Assembly (NCBI GenBank): GCA_052055015.1
Contig: JBQJIT010000006.1
Strand: one strand, 5' to 3'
DNA length: 64,000 nucleotides
Origin: Malassezia furfur
Taxonomy: Eukaryota
In this document: piece after piece, positions 22,315 to 32,084 of the stretch
Position numbering within the stretch: the stretch's first letter is position 1
How the letters are laid out: each line of letters begins with the position of its first letter
Translations under genes and position numbers: made by a program
The notes under the pieces: generated by a model
Told to the model about the DNA's origin: nothing
Seen by the model: the letters and a program-made list of their open reading frames with translations, nothing else
Database searches by the model: none

Positions 22315-22753
22315 ATGAGCGCGGATCCCGTTGAGAAAGACAAAGAGGTCGCTTCGTCGACGGAAGCTCCTGAGAATGAGACCACTATCTCGGAGGTGAA
22401 GTCTGGAAAAGCGCGTGCGACGGACGAGCAGCCCACCAACGAGGAGGACGAGGAGGAGGAATACAACGAGGAAGAAGACGAGGATTTCGTGCGTGTCCCG
22501 CTCTGACCCCAGGTGGAAGAGGAGACCGATGAGGAGGAGGATGAAGAGGAGGATGAAGATGATGAGGACGAAGATGATGACGACGATGAAGACGATGAGG
22601 GTGAAGCGTACGTGTTTTGATTGACGCAGCGAACACGGCCACAAGCGGAAAGCCGACGAGGACGAGGACGATGACGATGACGATGACGACGACGACGACG
22701 ACGATGAAGAAGAGAAGTCCGACCCGCACAAGATGCGCAAGACCGACGAATAA
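22315..22753 (+). CDS. 130-aa highly acidic, probably nuclear protein (prothymosin-like or histone-chaperone-like); introns 22489-22512 and 22608-22629
   Basis: Three exons of 174+95+124 nt are in frame. D/E tracts with HKRKA...KMRKTDE* as a bipartite NLS-like end. Confidence 0.75.
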
Positions 22754-22769
22754 TGTCCGAGCATTCGTT

Positions 22770-25700
22770 CTATGTACGTAGAGCTTTGCGGTACTCGGTA
22801 ATTTGCGCCTCGAGAGCTTGGAGACGGTGCTGCAGAGGTAGCACCGCCTGGTCGTCTGTGTCGAATTTTGTCGCTGCCCGTGCATCCAGCAGAGCAGCGA
22901 GTGTGTCACGGAAGTGCTGTTGCGATGCGCGCAGGGCGGGCGGAGGGAGGCCGCTAAACTGGTACAGTGCGTCGAAGCCGTGCGGCGCAGGGTTGTCCTC
23001 ACTCTTCTCGGCGTCGTTTTCGGCCGCTTGGCTCGGCGCGTCTTTGCTGACGGTGCGGCGCCGCAAGCCGGAGGAGCGCTCGTCTTTCACGTCGGCAGTA
23101 TCGATGAGCTGGGCGGGTGCGGCCGAGGGATCTGCACGCTGCAACCGGTCCTCTACCCACCGCACCGATGCCTTCATCCGCGCGTCATAGGCGTCCTGGC
23201 TGACGCGCTGCCCAAACGCACCGCCCAGCACAAACTTGGCGCGGGAGAGCTGTACGAATCCAGCGGCCAGTGCCGAGGCGGCGCGCGTGCGTGCGTCCAT
23301 GTACGCCTCGAGCGTCGCGAGGTACGTTTCGAGGGTCTGCTCGAGTTGCTCCTGCAGCGTGCGCCTTTCGGCGTCGTCCACAGACTTTCGTTCATGGCGT
23401 GCCTCGGATGCGACACTTGCCGGTACAGACGCGCGCTCGTCTGATGTGGTGCGTACAGGCGTAGAGGCCTGTTTGTTGGGCGCCGCACTAGCATTCTGCA
23501 GTGCGGGCGGCAGGGCCAGGTGCATCGGCTCGAGCACGAAAACCTCGCGCTCTTCCCGCGTAGCCTGCACCGGCGCTGGCCGCGTGTGCAGCGCGTACAG
23601 GCGATGCGCGACCTCCCAGACCAGCACTACCTGGAAGACCTCGTGCTGGACGTAGGCAAAGCGGATGCCATACGCCAGCGATGCGAGGAAGAGCGCAAAG
23701 TACATGGCGCGCGTCACGCGCGTGTACCGCTCGCTTCTTGGCCGCTCGTACACCTTGGAACTGGCGTAAAGGTAGACGATGGCGAGCACCCCGACGCTTG
23801 CGCCGATGCTGTGCTGTGTGCGCGAGAGGCCCATGCGGACGCCGATATTGACGTTGCGTACCCACACGACGAGCGCAGGAAGGTGCAGCGGGAGCATCCA
23901 TGCGAGGAAGAGGTGCAGCCAGGAGTGTTGCGCATAGCGCGTCTGGAGCGCACGGATCGTGCGTACCTGCTGCGTCTCGTGCGGGGGGACGTTGACCTCC
24001 CATTCCTCGACGCGGCGCGGCTGGCTCTCGGCTTCCTGGCACGCGATGTACGAGCCGAGCAGCGTGGTGCAATGCACCAAGAAGCACGCGACAATCAGCA
24101 CCTGGTACGGCAGCAGGACCCAGCACGACACCAACAGGCCCGCAGAGAGGAGTGTGCGCCGCTGCGTCGCCCACTGCATCATTTCCAAGCGGCTGGGCAG
24201 CGACGTCTCCGGCAAGGCAGGGCGTGCCGCCCAGCTCGACACCCAGCGTGGGGCAAAGCGGGCGAAGCCGACGTACGCGAGGTGCAGGCCGAGTTCGGTG
24301 AGCAGCGCGCCGACAAGCGTCATGCCGTACGCGACCAGCATCAACACGGGGCCCAGCAGCGCAAAGCGCGCGTCGGTCGTGCCGATGCCCAGTGCGTACC
24401 AGCGGCCAGGCAGGTGCAGTGCCTCGGCTATGCGCACCGCCCCTTGGAGGAGGAGCGGCGCGCCGAGGAGCATGCCGAGCGTCCGGCGCGTCGTCAGCGC
24501 ACACAGCGCATCGATCGGCATCGCATGGGCGCCCGTAAAGAAGAGCGCATGTGCCAGAGCGAGCACGGCGACGGGCCAGACGAGCAGCGCAAAACGGTAG
24601 CGTAGCACCAGCAGCGCGGCACTACCACGCCAGTTGACGCGCAACTGCACACGTCTGTACGGCAGCGGACATGAGCGGCCGTACGTGCTGGTAAACACGG
24701 TGCCGCGGAAATCGTCCGGCACCCACAGCTCGAGCAGAGTACCGCGCTGCGGGCGTTGCGCGCGCGGCATGAACGGTGCGCTGCCGTGCAAGGCGACGGG
24801 CACACGGACGGTCGACATCACGTCGAGCGACGGGTAGGTGCGTGCGTCGCTGGTCGCGCGGTTGGTGACGCGCAGCATGGGCGCGGTGCGGGGCACCATG
24901 GTATAGTTGAAGCGCAGTGCACATGGCGCCGGCTCGAGTTCGAGGTCATAGGCGACGAGCGACGAGTCAACGTCGGGCCAGAGCCACTGCCAACGCGGCC
25001 CATGGCCGTCGGAGGCGAAGAAGGAGAGCAGTTTGGTGACGTCGGTCCCCGGCAAGTCCCACGACCGCCGGCCGAGCCAGGGGACGCCGCGCAGCGGGAT
25101 GGCCTCCTCGTCGACCCAGCCCGAGGTGAGCAGCGTCTGGCGGTGCAGCGTGTTGTCGCCGCTGTATGTGGCCGCATTCAGGTTGCGCTCCAGGCGGATG
25201 AACGTGACGTGGTTCTCGCGCAGGTAGTCGGCGCTAAAGTGCAGACGCTTGATCGAGGTGCTCGGCACCTCGTACAGCAGCGACGCGTTCGGAAACGGGC
25301 CCGCATCAATGCTCGTGTCGTGCGGTGGCGGCGAGGCGGGCAGCGTCTCGTATGCGTTGGGCAGCACCACCTGGCAGTACGCCTTTTTCAGCTGTGTCGG
25401 GTTGCTGGGCAAAATCGAGCGGAAGCACACCTGCGTCACCAGCTCAATGTCCTGCTGCACGGGCGCCCCTCGGTTGGCACTCGCGCCGACGCACAGGTTC
25501 GTCAGCAGCTCAAACGACACCGTCTCGTCCGGCTGCACGTGCCAGTCGTGCGTCGCGCGCGGGCCCGGCGAGGTGAGCACGGCATGCAGCTCCGCGCCAG
25601 GCTGGTGCATCAGCACGCCCTCCTGGCCCTCGGTGTCGCGGCCCATGGACGGCGACAGGTCGCGCAGACGGAGCGGGCCCTGCTGCGCGACCTGCGCCTC

Positions 25701-26822
25701 CATGTGGCGCTCTTCGGGCGAGGCCGCATCGTTCGACACGCCCAGCAGCTTGCGCCACATCTCGCGCCGCTCGATGCGCACGAGCGGCAGCGCACGGTGC
25801 TCCGACTCCTTCCCAAAAAACTTGTAGTCGAGCAGCAGCCCGCGCGCGATTTTGTATCGCAGCTGGTCGCACCACACCACCGCGAGATGGTCGACGCTAC
25901 TCCACAGCATCGCCAGCGCCGTCGTAAAGGTCGACAGCCGCGCCACGGGGGCCTGAATGTGCGCGAGGCTCAGCGACGACGCGTCCGACGACAGCTGCGT
26001 ATCCAACACACCACCGGCAACCGACAGCAGCAGCGGCTCTTCTTCTGGGAGCGTCCACTTGTCGTTTACCATGTTGTACACGCGCTCCACGGAGCGGTCA
26101 AAGGGCACGGGGGGGAAGGCGTGCGGCGTCGAGAGCGTCACAATCGTGTCGACGCTGCGCGGCACGTAGTTGGGCAGCCGCTGCGTGAGGCGCGCAACGA
26201 CCCCGCCCATGCTGTGACCCACCAGCACGACCGTGGTGTTTTTCTCCTCGCCCCGCAGCATCTGGTCGTCCATGCCGGGGTACAACGAGCGCAGGTAGTG
26301 GATCGCTTCATTCACAAAAAACGCCTGGTCGCGCAGCGTCTGGCCATGGAACGCAGAAAAGTCCTCGTTGAAGTCGAGCGCATACCAGTCAATGGGTCCT
26401 GGCGCCTCCTTCCACTCGTCGTTTGGATCGTCGCGCCCAGGACCGCTCACGGGTACGTTCAACCGGTAGTACTGGTACGCACCGCTGCTGGCCAGACTGC
26501 GCACCTGCCCGTAACTTCCTGCATTGCCTGGGATGAACAGCGCAGGCATCGCGCTACGCCGGCCAATCCCATGCTTGACGCCGGCCTCGCGGTACTCGAG
26601 CAGCGAGTACTTGTGCATCACCGGGGACGACGAGCGCGAGTGCATCCGCAGTGCTTCATTGTGCGACACGTACGATGGCCGCATGTACGCCATGCGGCAC
26701 CCGGGCTGCAAGTCCAGCAGCCTCGGTAATGCCAGAAACGATAGCAGTGCATAGCACAGCAGCACCGCGCTTGTGAGCATGAGCAGCACGGGCGCGGTGC
26801 CCATCGCCCCGCTGCGCGCCAT
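22770..26822 (-). CDS. BST1: GPI inositol-deacylase Bst1/PGAP1, running in frame into a C-terminal Vma22/CCDC115-like domain
   Basis: CRMAYMRPSY, FIPGNAGSYGQVRS, DFNEDFSAFHG, GHSMGG, TLSTPH, DHLAVVWCDQL and TM helices. The last ~200 aa read YLATLEAY...GFVQLSRAKF...YDARM...QFSGLPPPALRASQQHF. Confidence 0.85.
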   Translation of the reverse strand: MARSGAMGTAPVLLMLTSAVLLCYALLSFLALPRLLDLQPGCRMAYMRPSYVSHNEALRMHSRSSSPVMHKYSLLEYREAGVKHGIGRRSAMPALFIPGNAGSYGQVRSLASSGAYQYYRLNVPVSGPGRDDPNDEWKEAPGPIDWYALDFNEDFSAFHGQTLRDQAFFVNEAIHYLRSLYPGMDDQMLRGEEKNTTVVLVGHSMGGVVARLTQRLPNYVPRSVDTIVTLSTPHAFPPVPFDRSVERVYNMVNDKWTLPEEEPLLLSVAGGVLDTQLSSDASSLSLAHIQAPVARLSTFTTALAMLWSSVDHLAVVWCDQLRYKIARGLLLDYKFFGKESEHRALPLVRIERREMWRKLLGVSNDAASPEERHMEAQVAQQGPLRLRDLSPSMGRDTEGQEGVLMHQPGAELHAVLTSPGPRATHDWHVQPDETVSFELLTNLCVGASANRGAPVQQDIELVTQVCFRSILPSNPTQLKKAYCQVVLPNAYETLPASPPPHDTSIDAGPFPNASLLYEVPSTSIKRLHFSADYLRENHVTFIRLERNLNAATYSGDNTLHRQTLLTSGWVDEEAIPLRGVPWLGRRSWDLPGTDVTKLLSFFASDGHGPRWQWLWPDVDSSLVAYDLELEPAPCALRFNYTMVPRTAPMLRVTNRATSDARTYPSLDVMSTVRVPVALHGSAPFMPRAQRPQRGTLLELWVPDDFRGTVFTSTYGRSCPLPYRRVQLRVNWRGSAALLVLRYRFALLVWPVAVLALAHALFFTGAHAMPIDALCALTTRRTLGMLLGAPLLLQGAVRIAEALHLPGRWYALGIGTTDARFALLGPVLMLVAYGMTLVGALLTELGLHLAYVGFARFAPRWVSSWAARPALPETSLPSRLEMMQWATQRRTLLSAGLLVSCWVLLPYQVLIVACFLVHCTTLLGSYIACQEAESQPRRVEEWEVNVPPHETQQVRTIRALQTRYAQHSWLHLFLAWMLPLHLPALVVWVRNVNIGVRMGLSRTQHSIGASVGVLAIVYLYASSKVYERPRSERYTRVTRAMYFALFLASLAYGIRFAYVQHEVFQVVLVWEVAHRLYALHTRPAPVQATREEREVFVLEPMHLALPPALQNASAAPNKQASTPVRTTSDERASVPASVASEARHERKSVDDAERRTLQEQLEQTLETYLATLEAYMDARTRAASALAAGFVQLSRAKFVLGGAFGQRVSQDAYDARMKASVRWVEDRLQRADPSAAPAQLIDTADVKDERSSGLRRRTVSKDAPSQAAENDAEKSEDNPAPHGFDALYQFSGLPPPALRASQQHFRDTLAALLDARAATKFDTDDQAVLPLQHRLQALEAQITEYRKALRT

Positions 26823-26874
26823 GCCGGCGTGGTCAATGTGGAGGGGGAATGAACACGCTCCCCCACTTACTACG

Positions 26875-27792
26875 ATGCCGAGCTTGGAGGAAATCAAGGC
26901 AATGGCCCGTCGCACGGGGCAGCAGGCGAACATGTACGCACAGAATGCCACCTCGCAGTTCCAGTCCGGCTTCAATCTCCCGAGCGAGTGCAACCGGGCG
27001 GCCAAGATCCTCAAGAGTTTCCTTGCCGACCCCACACGCCCGGATACGGTGATGTCCTCGATCCCGAAGCGCGTGCTGCTGCGCGCCAAGGGCCTAGCCA
27101 TCTTCACCGTGGCCAAGGCCGGGTTTGGTTGGTCAGCCAAGGCGGGCAGCGGTGTAGTGACCGCACGCCTCCCGGATGGCTCGTGGTCGGCGCCCTCGTG
27201 CATTGCCACGGGCGGCGTCGGCTTCGGCTGGCAGATCGGCGCGGACCTGACCGAGTTTGTGGTGGTGATGAATACCGAGGAGGCCGTGCGCTCGTTTGGT
27301 CTGTCGGGGAACATGACGTTCGGCGGTAACATGAGTGCGGCCGCGGGCCCGATCGGCCGGGGAAGTGCCGCCATGATGTCGGTGGGGCACATGGCGCCCA
27401 TGTTCTCTTACTCGCGCAGCAAGGGTTTGTACGTCGGCATCTCGCTCGAGGGCACCGCACTCATGGAGCGCAAGGATGCCAACCGCGAGTTCTATGGGCA
27501 GCCGATCCCTGCGATGGATCTGCTCCTCGGCAAGGTGCCGGCGCCCGAGGCCGCCTCGGCCATGTACGAGGTGATCGAGGCCGCCGAGGACTTTGACGAG
27601 ACGGCCTTCCTGCGTGCCGCGTACCCGAACTCGAGCCACCGCACGCAGCCCGTTCCGGACAGCCAGGAGCCGATGTACGCCGCCGAGGCGTACGAGGCCG
27701 AGGAGGAACAGCACAAGGAGACCACTTCGGCGCCACCGGCTGACGCCGAGACCACGGCGCCTGCGGCCGCCTCGAAGGAGTCCAAGGATTAG
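26875..27792 (+). CDS. Ysc84/SH3YL1 SYLF-domain protein lacking an SH3 domain
   Basis: ECNRAAKILKSF, IPKRVLLRAKGLAIFTV, AGSGVVTARLPDGSWSAPS, GWQIGADLTEFV, SYSRSKGLYVGISLEG. Confidence 0.85.
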   Translation: MPSLEEIKAMARRTGQQANMYAQNATSQFQSGFNLPSECNRAAKILKSFLADPTRPDTVMSSIPKRVLLRAKGLAIFTVAKAGFGWSAKAGSGVVTARLPDGSWSAPSCIATGGVGFGWQIGADLTEFVVVMNTEEAVRSFGLSGNMTFGGNMSAAAGPIGRGSAAMMSVGHMAPMFSYSRSKGLYVGISLEGTALMERKDANREFYGQPIPAMDLLLGKVPAPEAASAMYEVIEAAEDFDETAFLRAAYPNSSHRTQPVPDSQEPMYAAEAYEAEEEQHKETTSAPPADAETTAPAAASKESKD

Positions 27793-27796
27793 ATAT

Positions 27797-28585
27797 TTAC
27801 ATAGGCGGGCGCGCCGTCGGTGCCGGGCGCCCATGCAGGCTATCTACGCCTGCTTTGACTGAAGATATGGGTTGCGTCGGAATCGGCAGCAGGCCGGTAT
27901 CCTCGGCATGGTGCACCACTAGGCCGGGATACCGCGCCGTATCGGTCCCTGGCTCCACAACCACCACGGAGCCCGTGGACGGCGCCGCGTCGGCCTGCGC
28001 CGCGGCGTCCGTGTGGGGCTCCTCTACCAGCTTTTGCAGCGCATCGATCAGGTCCTGCGCCAGCGTCTCCTTGTTCGGCCCGTCCTCCTCGCGCGGTTCC
28101 CAGCCGACCGGTGGACTGCCGGGCGGACTAATGAGAAACTCACGCTCCGGTGCAGGCGGCGCAAGGTGCTGCTGGTGAGCCTCAGCGCTCCGCGCCACGA
28201 CGTAGTCACCATCGGGCATGAGCACCAGGGGCGTCGGCACACAAAAGTACACGCGCAACACGCTAGGTAAGCCGAATTGGGCGTACTCTTCGCTGTTTTT
28301 CGCACGGATCGGGGCGTCGCTCGTGTGCACACGCGCCTGGTCGTCTTCGTACAGCAAGAGAAGACGGTCCAGTGCGTATTTGACGCGTGCGGCATCCTCA
28401 GCTCGTTCAAACACGGCAATGCCACGTCCAAAGGCGGGGAGTACAGTCCAGTCCACCAGGGGGCCATAGGTCTGTAGTAGATGCAGTAGTTGCTCCACCA
28501 GCTCCTCGGAAGCGAAAAAACCGGGGGGCAGATTGGCGAACATGAGCGTATTCGATGGTTCAGGAGTCTGTTGCCAGGTAAGCAT
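27797..28585 (-). CDS. RCN1: Calcipressin (calcineurin regulator); probable in-frame 24-nt intron 28263-28286
   Basis: HLAPPAPEREFLISPPGSPPVGWEPREEDGPN and C-terminal PTARPP. Confidence 0.88.
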   Translation of the reverse strand: MLTWQQTPEPSNTLMFANLPPGFFASEELVEQLLHLLQTYGPLVDWTVLPAFGRGIAVFERAEDAARVKYALDRLLLLYEDDQARVHTSDAPIRAKNSEEYAQFGLPSVLRVYFCVPTPLVLMPDGDYVVARSAEAHQQHLAPPAPEREFLISPPGSPPVGWEPREEDGPNKETLAQDLIDALQKLVEEPHTDAAAQADAAPSTGSVVVVEPGTDTARYPGLVVHHAEDTGLLPIPTQPISSVKAGVDSLHGRPAPTARPPM

Positions 28586-28635
28586 TGTTCTATGCAGACC
28601 CACGACAAGTCGGACTGCACCGAGTATCGAGGCGT

Positions 28636-29350
28636 CTAGTTCTCAGTCCTCACCCTTTTCGTCTCCCGGTCGTCTGCCGCAGGCCGTTCCGTGTCCTCGG
28701 TGTCGTCCTCTTCGTTGCCCTCTTCGTCGTCATCCGAATGGGCACCTGTGCCAAACGGCGCAAACCCAGAAAAGGGGTGTGCATCACCGCCGTCTGCACC
28801 GTTCGCCGCGGGGTACAACCCGGCGCAGTGCGACAGCGCATCGAACAATTTCTCCACTGGGTCAGTAGCACAACATACGAGTGTCTGCATCGTGCACCAA
28901 GATCCACAGCTCAAAGATGGTCTCTTCTTCCTCGTCCTCATCCTCGTCGCGCTCGGGATGGTCATCGAGCTGGCAGTAGATGCAAGATTCGCTACTATAG
29001 GCACCCGCATCCGTGGCCTTGTCCAAAACGTCGTCTGGCACAGACCGTGAGACTGCATGCAGCGCAATTGACGGGAACGGAATCTGAAAACCGGTGCTTC
29101 CCGATGCGGACGGCAAAAACGAAAGGCTCTGCTCCGTGACCCAGAGGCGGCCTTCCATCAGGAGCTCGTCCTTCTCATCTCCGTTCAGCGCAGCAGGCAC
29201 GGGCTGCAACTTAACGAGCACAGAATTTAGTTCCGAAACAAGCAAAGGCGGCAAGTCGCTAAACGAGTTTGGCGTAGACGACTGGAGCTCGGTGTGCTCC
29301 TCCTGCACGACGTACGTCGGCGGGGCCTCGAGCCGGGCAACCGGCGGCAT
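28636..29350 (-). CDS. LOT5: pICln/Lot5-like protein; 22-nt intron 28857-28878
   Basis: QSSTPNSF, GRLWVTEQSLSF, GFQIPFPSIALHAVSR, CIYCQLD, spliced DT|LEKLFDALSHCAGLYP. Confidence 0.85.
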
Positions 29351-29488
29351 GGTGTGTGGAGGAGCGCGCACGGGCATCTGACTAAGCCATCCAGATAATT
29401 GTAGTCTATCACGTGACTTTTTCAGGCAGAGTCTAGGGGCGAAGAGTAGCTCCGACCCTGCTCCTACACTAACCGTCAAGCCATCAAG

Positions 29489-30005
29489 ATGGGCAGCTCT
29501 TCGAACCCGGCTCACAAGGCAGGCGTCCCTCGCACTGGTGTGTATTTGACGACGCAGATGAGAGACAGAGGCTAACACATTGTGCAGGTATCGTTTGGGG
29601 CATTAACCGTGGTCACCCCACCACCCGCCGTGTGCTGCCCACCCGGCGCGTCAACAAGAAGGGCGTCGCGAGCGAGCGCGTCAAGACCATTCGCAGCATT
29701 GTGCGTGAGGTCACTGGCTTTGCGCCCTACGAGCGCCGCGCCATGGAGCTGATCCGCAACTCGAAGGTATGTTGTGACGGAGCCCTGCACGATGCACATG
29801 GCTGTGTCATGTGGGACTGCCTAGGCCGGCTTGAACAGTTCTAACGTTCAGGACAAGCGTGCCCGCAAGTTCATCAAGCGCCGCGTCGGCACCATGCGCC
29901 GGGCGAAGGTGTACGTATTGCATCGAGCCCCCATGTATACTTACCGTCAGTAAGATGGAGATCCTTACCAACGTCATTGCGGAGCAGCGCCGCGCTGGTC
30001 ACTAA
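29489..30005 (+). CDS. RPL36: 60S ribosomal protein L36; introns 29538-29587, 29767-29851, 29911-29950
   Basis: Spliced [16 protein letters not shown]...[59 protein letters not shown]. Confidence 0.93.
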
Positions 30006-30115
30006 TGGAGCTCACCCTGTTCCTGTCACATTAGCCACGTAGTGGTCAAAAAAAGCACACAGCATGACGATATTCCCTGTGTTTTCTCAATCACTTGCGA
30101 GCGGCAAATGACTTA

Positions 30116-30290
30116 CTGGAAACGGCTAGTGCGATGTGGATGTACGACAAGCATAGATGTGAAGTCGCTACGCGGCTGTTCCCAGAACGCTGTCGAGCGC
30201 CTTGCGCGCTAGGCTCGAAGGCTTGGTGGCATACATAGACGAAAGAATAAGGAGCTTTGTGCGCACTACCTCTTGGCTCAAATTCTATAA
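30116..30290 (+). ncRNA. Possible H/ACA-like multi-hairpin RNA
   Basis: Hairpins 30116-30185 and 30189-30230, then ATACATAGACGA, then a third stem AGAAT..GAGC/GCTC..ATTCT. Confidence 0.3.
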
Positions 30291-30533
30291 TATGTGCAGT
30301 TACATTTAGCCATGGACGACGGTCAATCCGTGCTGAGAAGGGCGGTCCTGGTGAGGCCCGCAGCCGCCGCGCGCCCGGCCGCGTACGGTGCATGCGAAGC
30401 GTCCCTCCTTTTCCGCAGGAGGTGCTGATCACGTGTTAGGGACTTGGCCTAGTAGGCCCCTGCTCTCGTTAGAAGAAAAGTCGGCGCGCGTTTTGCCCAG
30501 CCTCTTGCGCAACGAGACCGGCGTGCTGCGAGA

Positions 30534-32030
30534 ATGACGGCACAATACGACTTGACGCAAAAGCTCCTTGCGTACTTGGATCCCCACCTTGGGTTCCCTC
30601 TGCTGTCGCACCTGAGCTCGACAAACTTGTTCGATGCGAGCGATCTCGCGAAGGCGCAATATGAGCTCGCGAGGCACACGAATATGGTCGAGTACTCGCT
30701 CCAGTTCCACAAGCAGGCGTTCCCGAGTGAGGCGGAGCCCAAGGAGCTTCTTGAGCGCCGCGAGCAGCTCGCGGAAAAGAATGCGGCTCTCGAGAAGGAG
30801 TCCGAAAAGGTTCTCTCGGTGATCGAGGATCCCAACGTCGCGCAGGCGCTGAAGCAGGACAAGGCGCACAACCTCGAGTGGCTCCAGCAGAACTACAAGC
30901 TGACTCTGGACCAGATTGATGCGCTGTTCCGCTACGGCTACTTCCAGTTCTCCTGCGGCAACTACAAGGAGGCGTCGTCGTACCTATACCACTATTGCGT
31001 GCTGGCGACCGACAACAAGCTCACTGCGTCCTCGCTGTGGGGCAAGCTCGCCTGTGACACGCTCACGGGCGAGTGGGAGCGTGCAATGGAGGACGTGCGC
31101 CAGCTGCGCGAGCACATCGATGCGCAGCGTGCGACGACGTCGGCGGTTGCCGGCGCGGGCAACGAAGTCGCGCACGAAGACATCCTGCAGAAGCGCATTT
31201 GGCTGCTGCACTGGAGCCTGTTCGTGTTCTTCAACCACCCTGCTGGGCGCGTCAAGCTGGTCGAGCTGTTCATGAGCCCTGCATACCTCGCGACCATGCA
31301 AATGTCCTGCTGGTGGCTCCTGCGCTACCTTGTCGTGGCGCTCGTCATTACCCGGCGGCAGGTGTCGCGCGGATACGTCCTGGAGACGAGCGGAAACCCG
31401 GCGGGACAGCAGAGCAGTGGCACGAACAAGCTGTCGACGCAGGCTGCGCTGCGTGAGCTGTCCAAGGTGATCCAGATGGAGTCGTACCGCCGTGACCCGG
31501 ATCCGTTTGTCGACTTCTTCCACTACCTCTACATCGAGCTTGACTTTGACCGTGCGCAGGAGGAGCTAGCCAAGGCCGAGCAGGTTGCCAAGCAGGACTT
31601 CTTCCTCCAGGAGCACGCGGACGAGTTTGTGGAGAACGCGCGCTTCCTGGTGAGCGAGGTGTACTGCCGCATCCACCAAAACGTGGACATCGCTGACCTG
31701 TCCAAGCGTCTCAACCTGTCCAAGGAAGACGGCGAGAAGTGGATCGTGAAGGTCATCTCCGAATCCAAGACCGACAGCAAGATCGACTTCAAGGAGGGCG
31801 TCGTGCGCATGAACCAACCGCGTCCGATCGTATACCAGTCGGTGATCGACAAGACGCGGGGGATCACCTTCCGTACCTCGGCGCTCACGCAGGCCATGGA
31901 CCGCCGCGCGAACGGCGACGCGCGCCGTAAGAACGGCAACAAGTCCGCTACGCCTGAGCCGGAGGCGCCGGCGGCCGAGGCGCCCGCTGCCGAGGCGCCC
32001 GCTAGCGAGGCGCCCGCCGCCGAGGCATAG
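30534..32030 (+). CDS. INT6: Translation initiation factor eIF3 subunit e (Int6)
   Basis: YDLTQKLLAYLDPHLGFPLL, LWGKLA, RIWLLHWSLFVFFNH, ENARFLVSEVYCRIH, PCI domain; EAPAA repeats in the tail. Confidence 0.95.
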   Translation: MTAQYDLTQKLLAYLDPHLGFPLLSHLSSTNLFDASDLAKAQYELARHTNMVEYSLQFHKQAFPSEAEPKELLERREQLAEKNAALEKESEKVLSVIEDPNVAQALKQDKAHNLEWLQQNYKLTLDQIDALFRYGYFQFSCGNYKEASSYLYHYCVLATDNKLTASSLWGKLACDTLTGEWERAMEDVRQLREHIDAQRATTSAVAGAGNEVAHEDILQKRIWLLHWSLFVFFNHPAGRVKLVELFMSPAYLATMQMSCWWLLRYLVVALVITRRQVSRGYVLETSGNPAGQQSSGTNKLSTQAALRELSKVIQMESYRRDPDPFVDFFHYLYIELDFDRAQEELAKAEQVAKQDFFLQEHADEFVENARFLVSEVYCRIHQNVDIADLSKRLNLSKEDGEKWIVKVISESKTDSKIDFKEGVVRMNQPRPIVYQSVIDKTRGITFRTSALTQAMDRRANGDARRKNGNKSATPEPEAPAAEAPAAEAPASEAPAAEA

Positions 32031-32084
32031 TCGATACAAGGATGTAGGAGGACAAAAGCGCACCCATGTGGTAACCTGTGGTCT

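Noticed and set aside
26823..27401. N-terminal extension of the 1543-aa ORF
   Set aside because: It is antisense to the YSC84-like CDS; Bst1 homology starts near 26822
29493..29522. Possible GC-AG intron after the RPL36 start codon
   Set aside because: The donor GCAGCT is weak and the frame is open without it; cannot be decided from sequence alone
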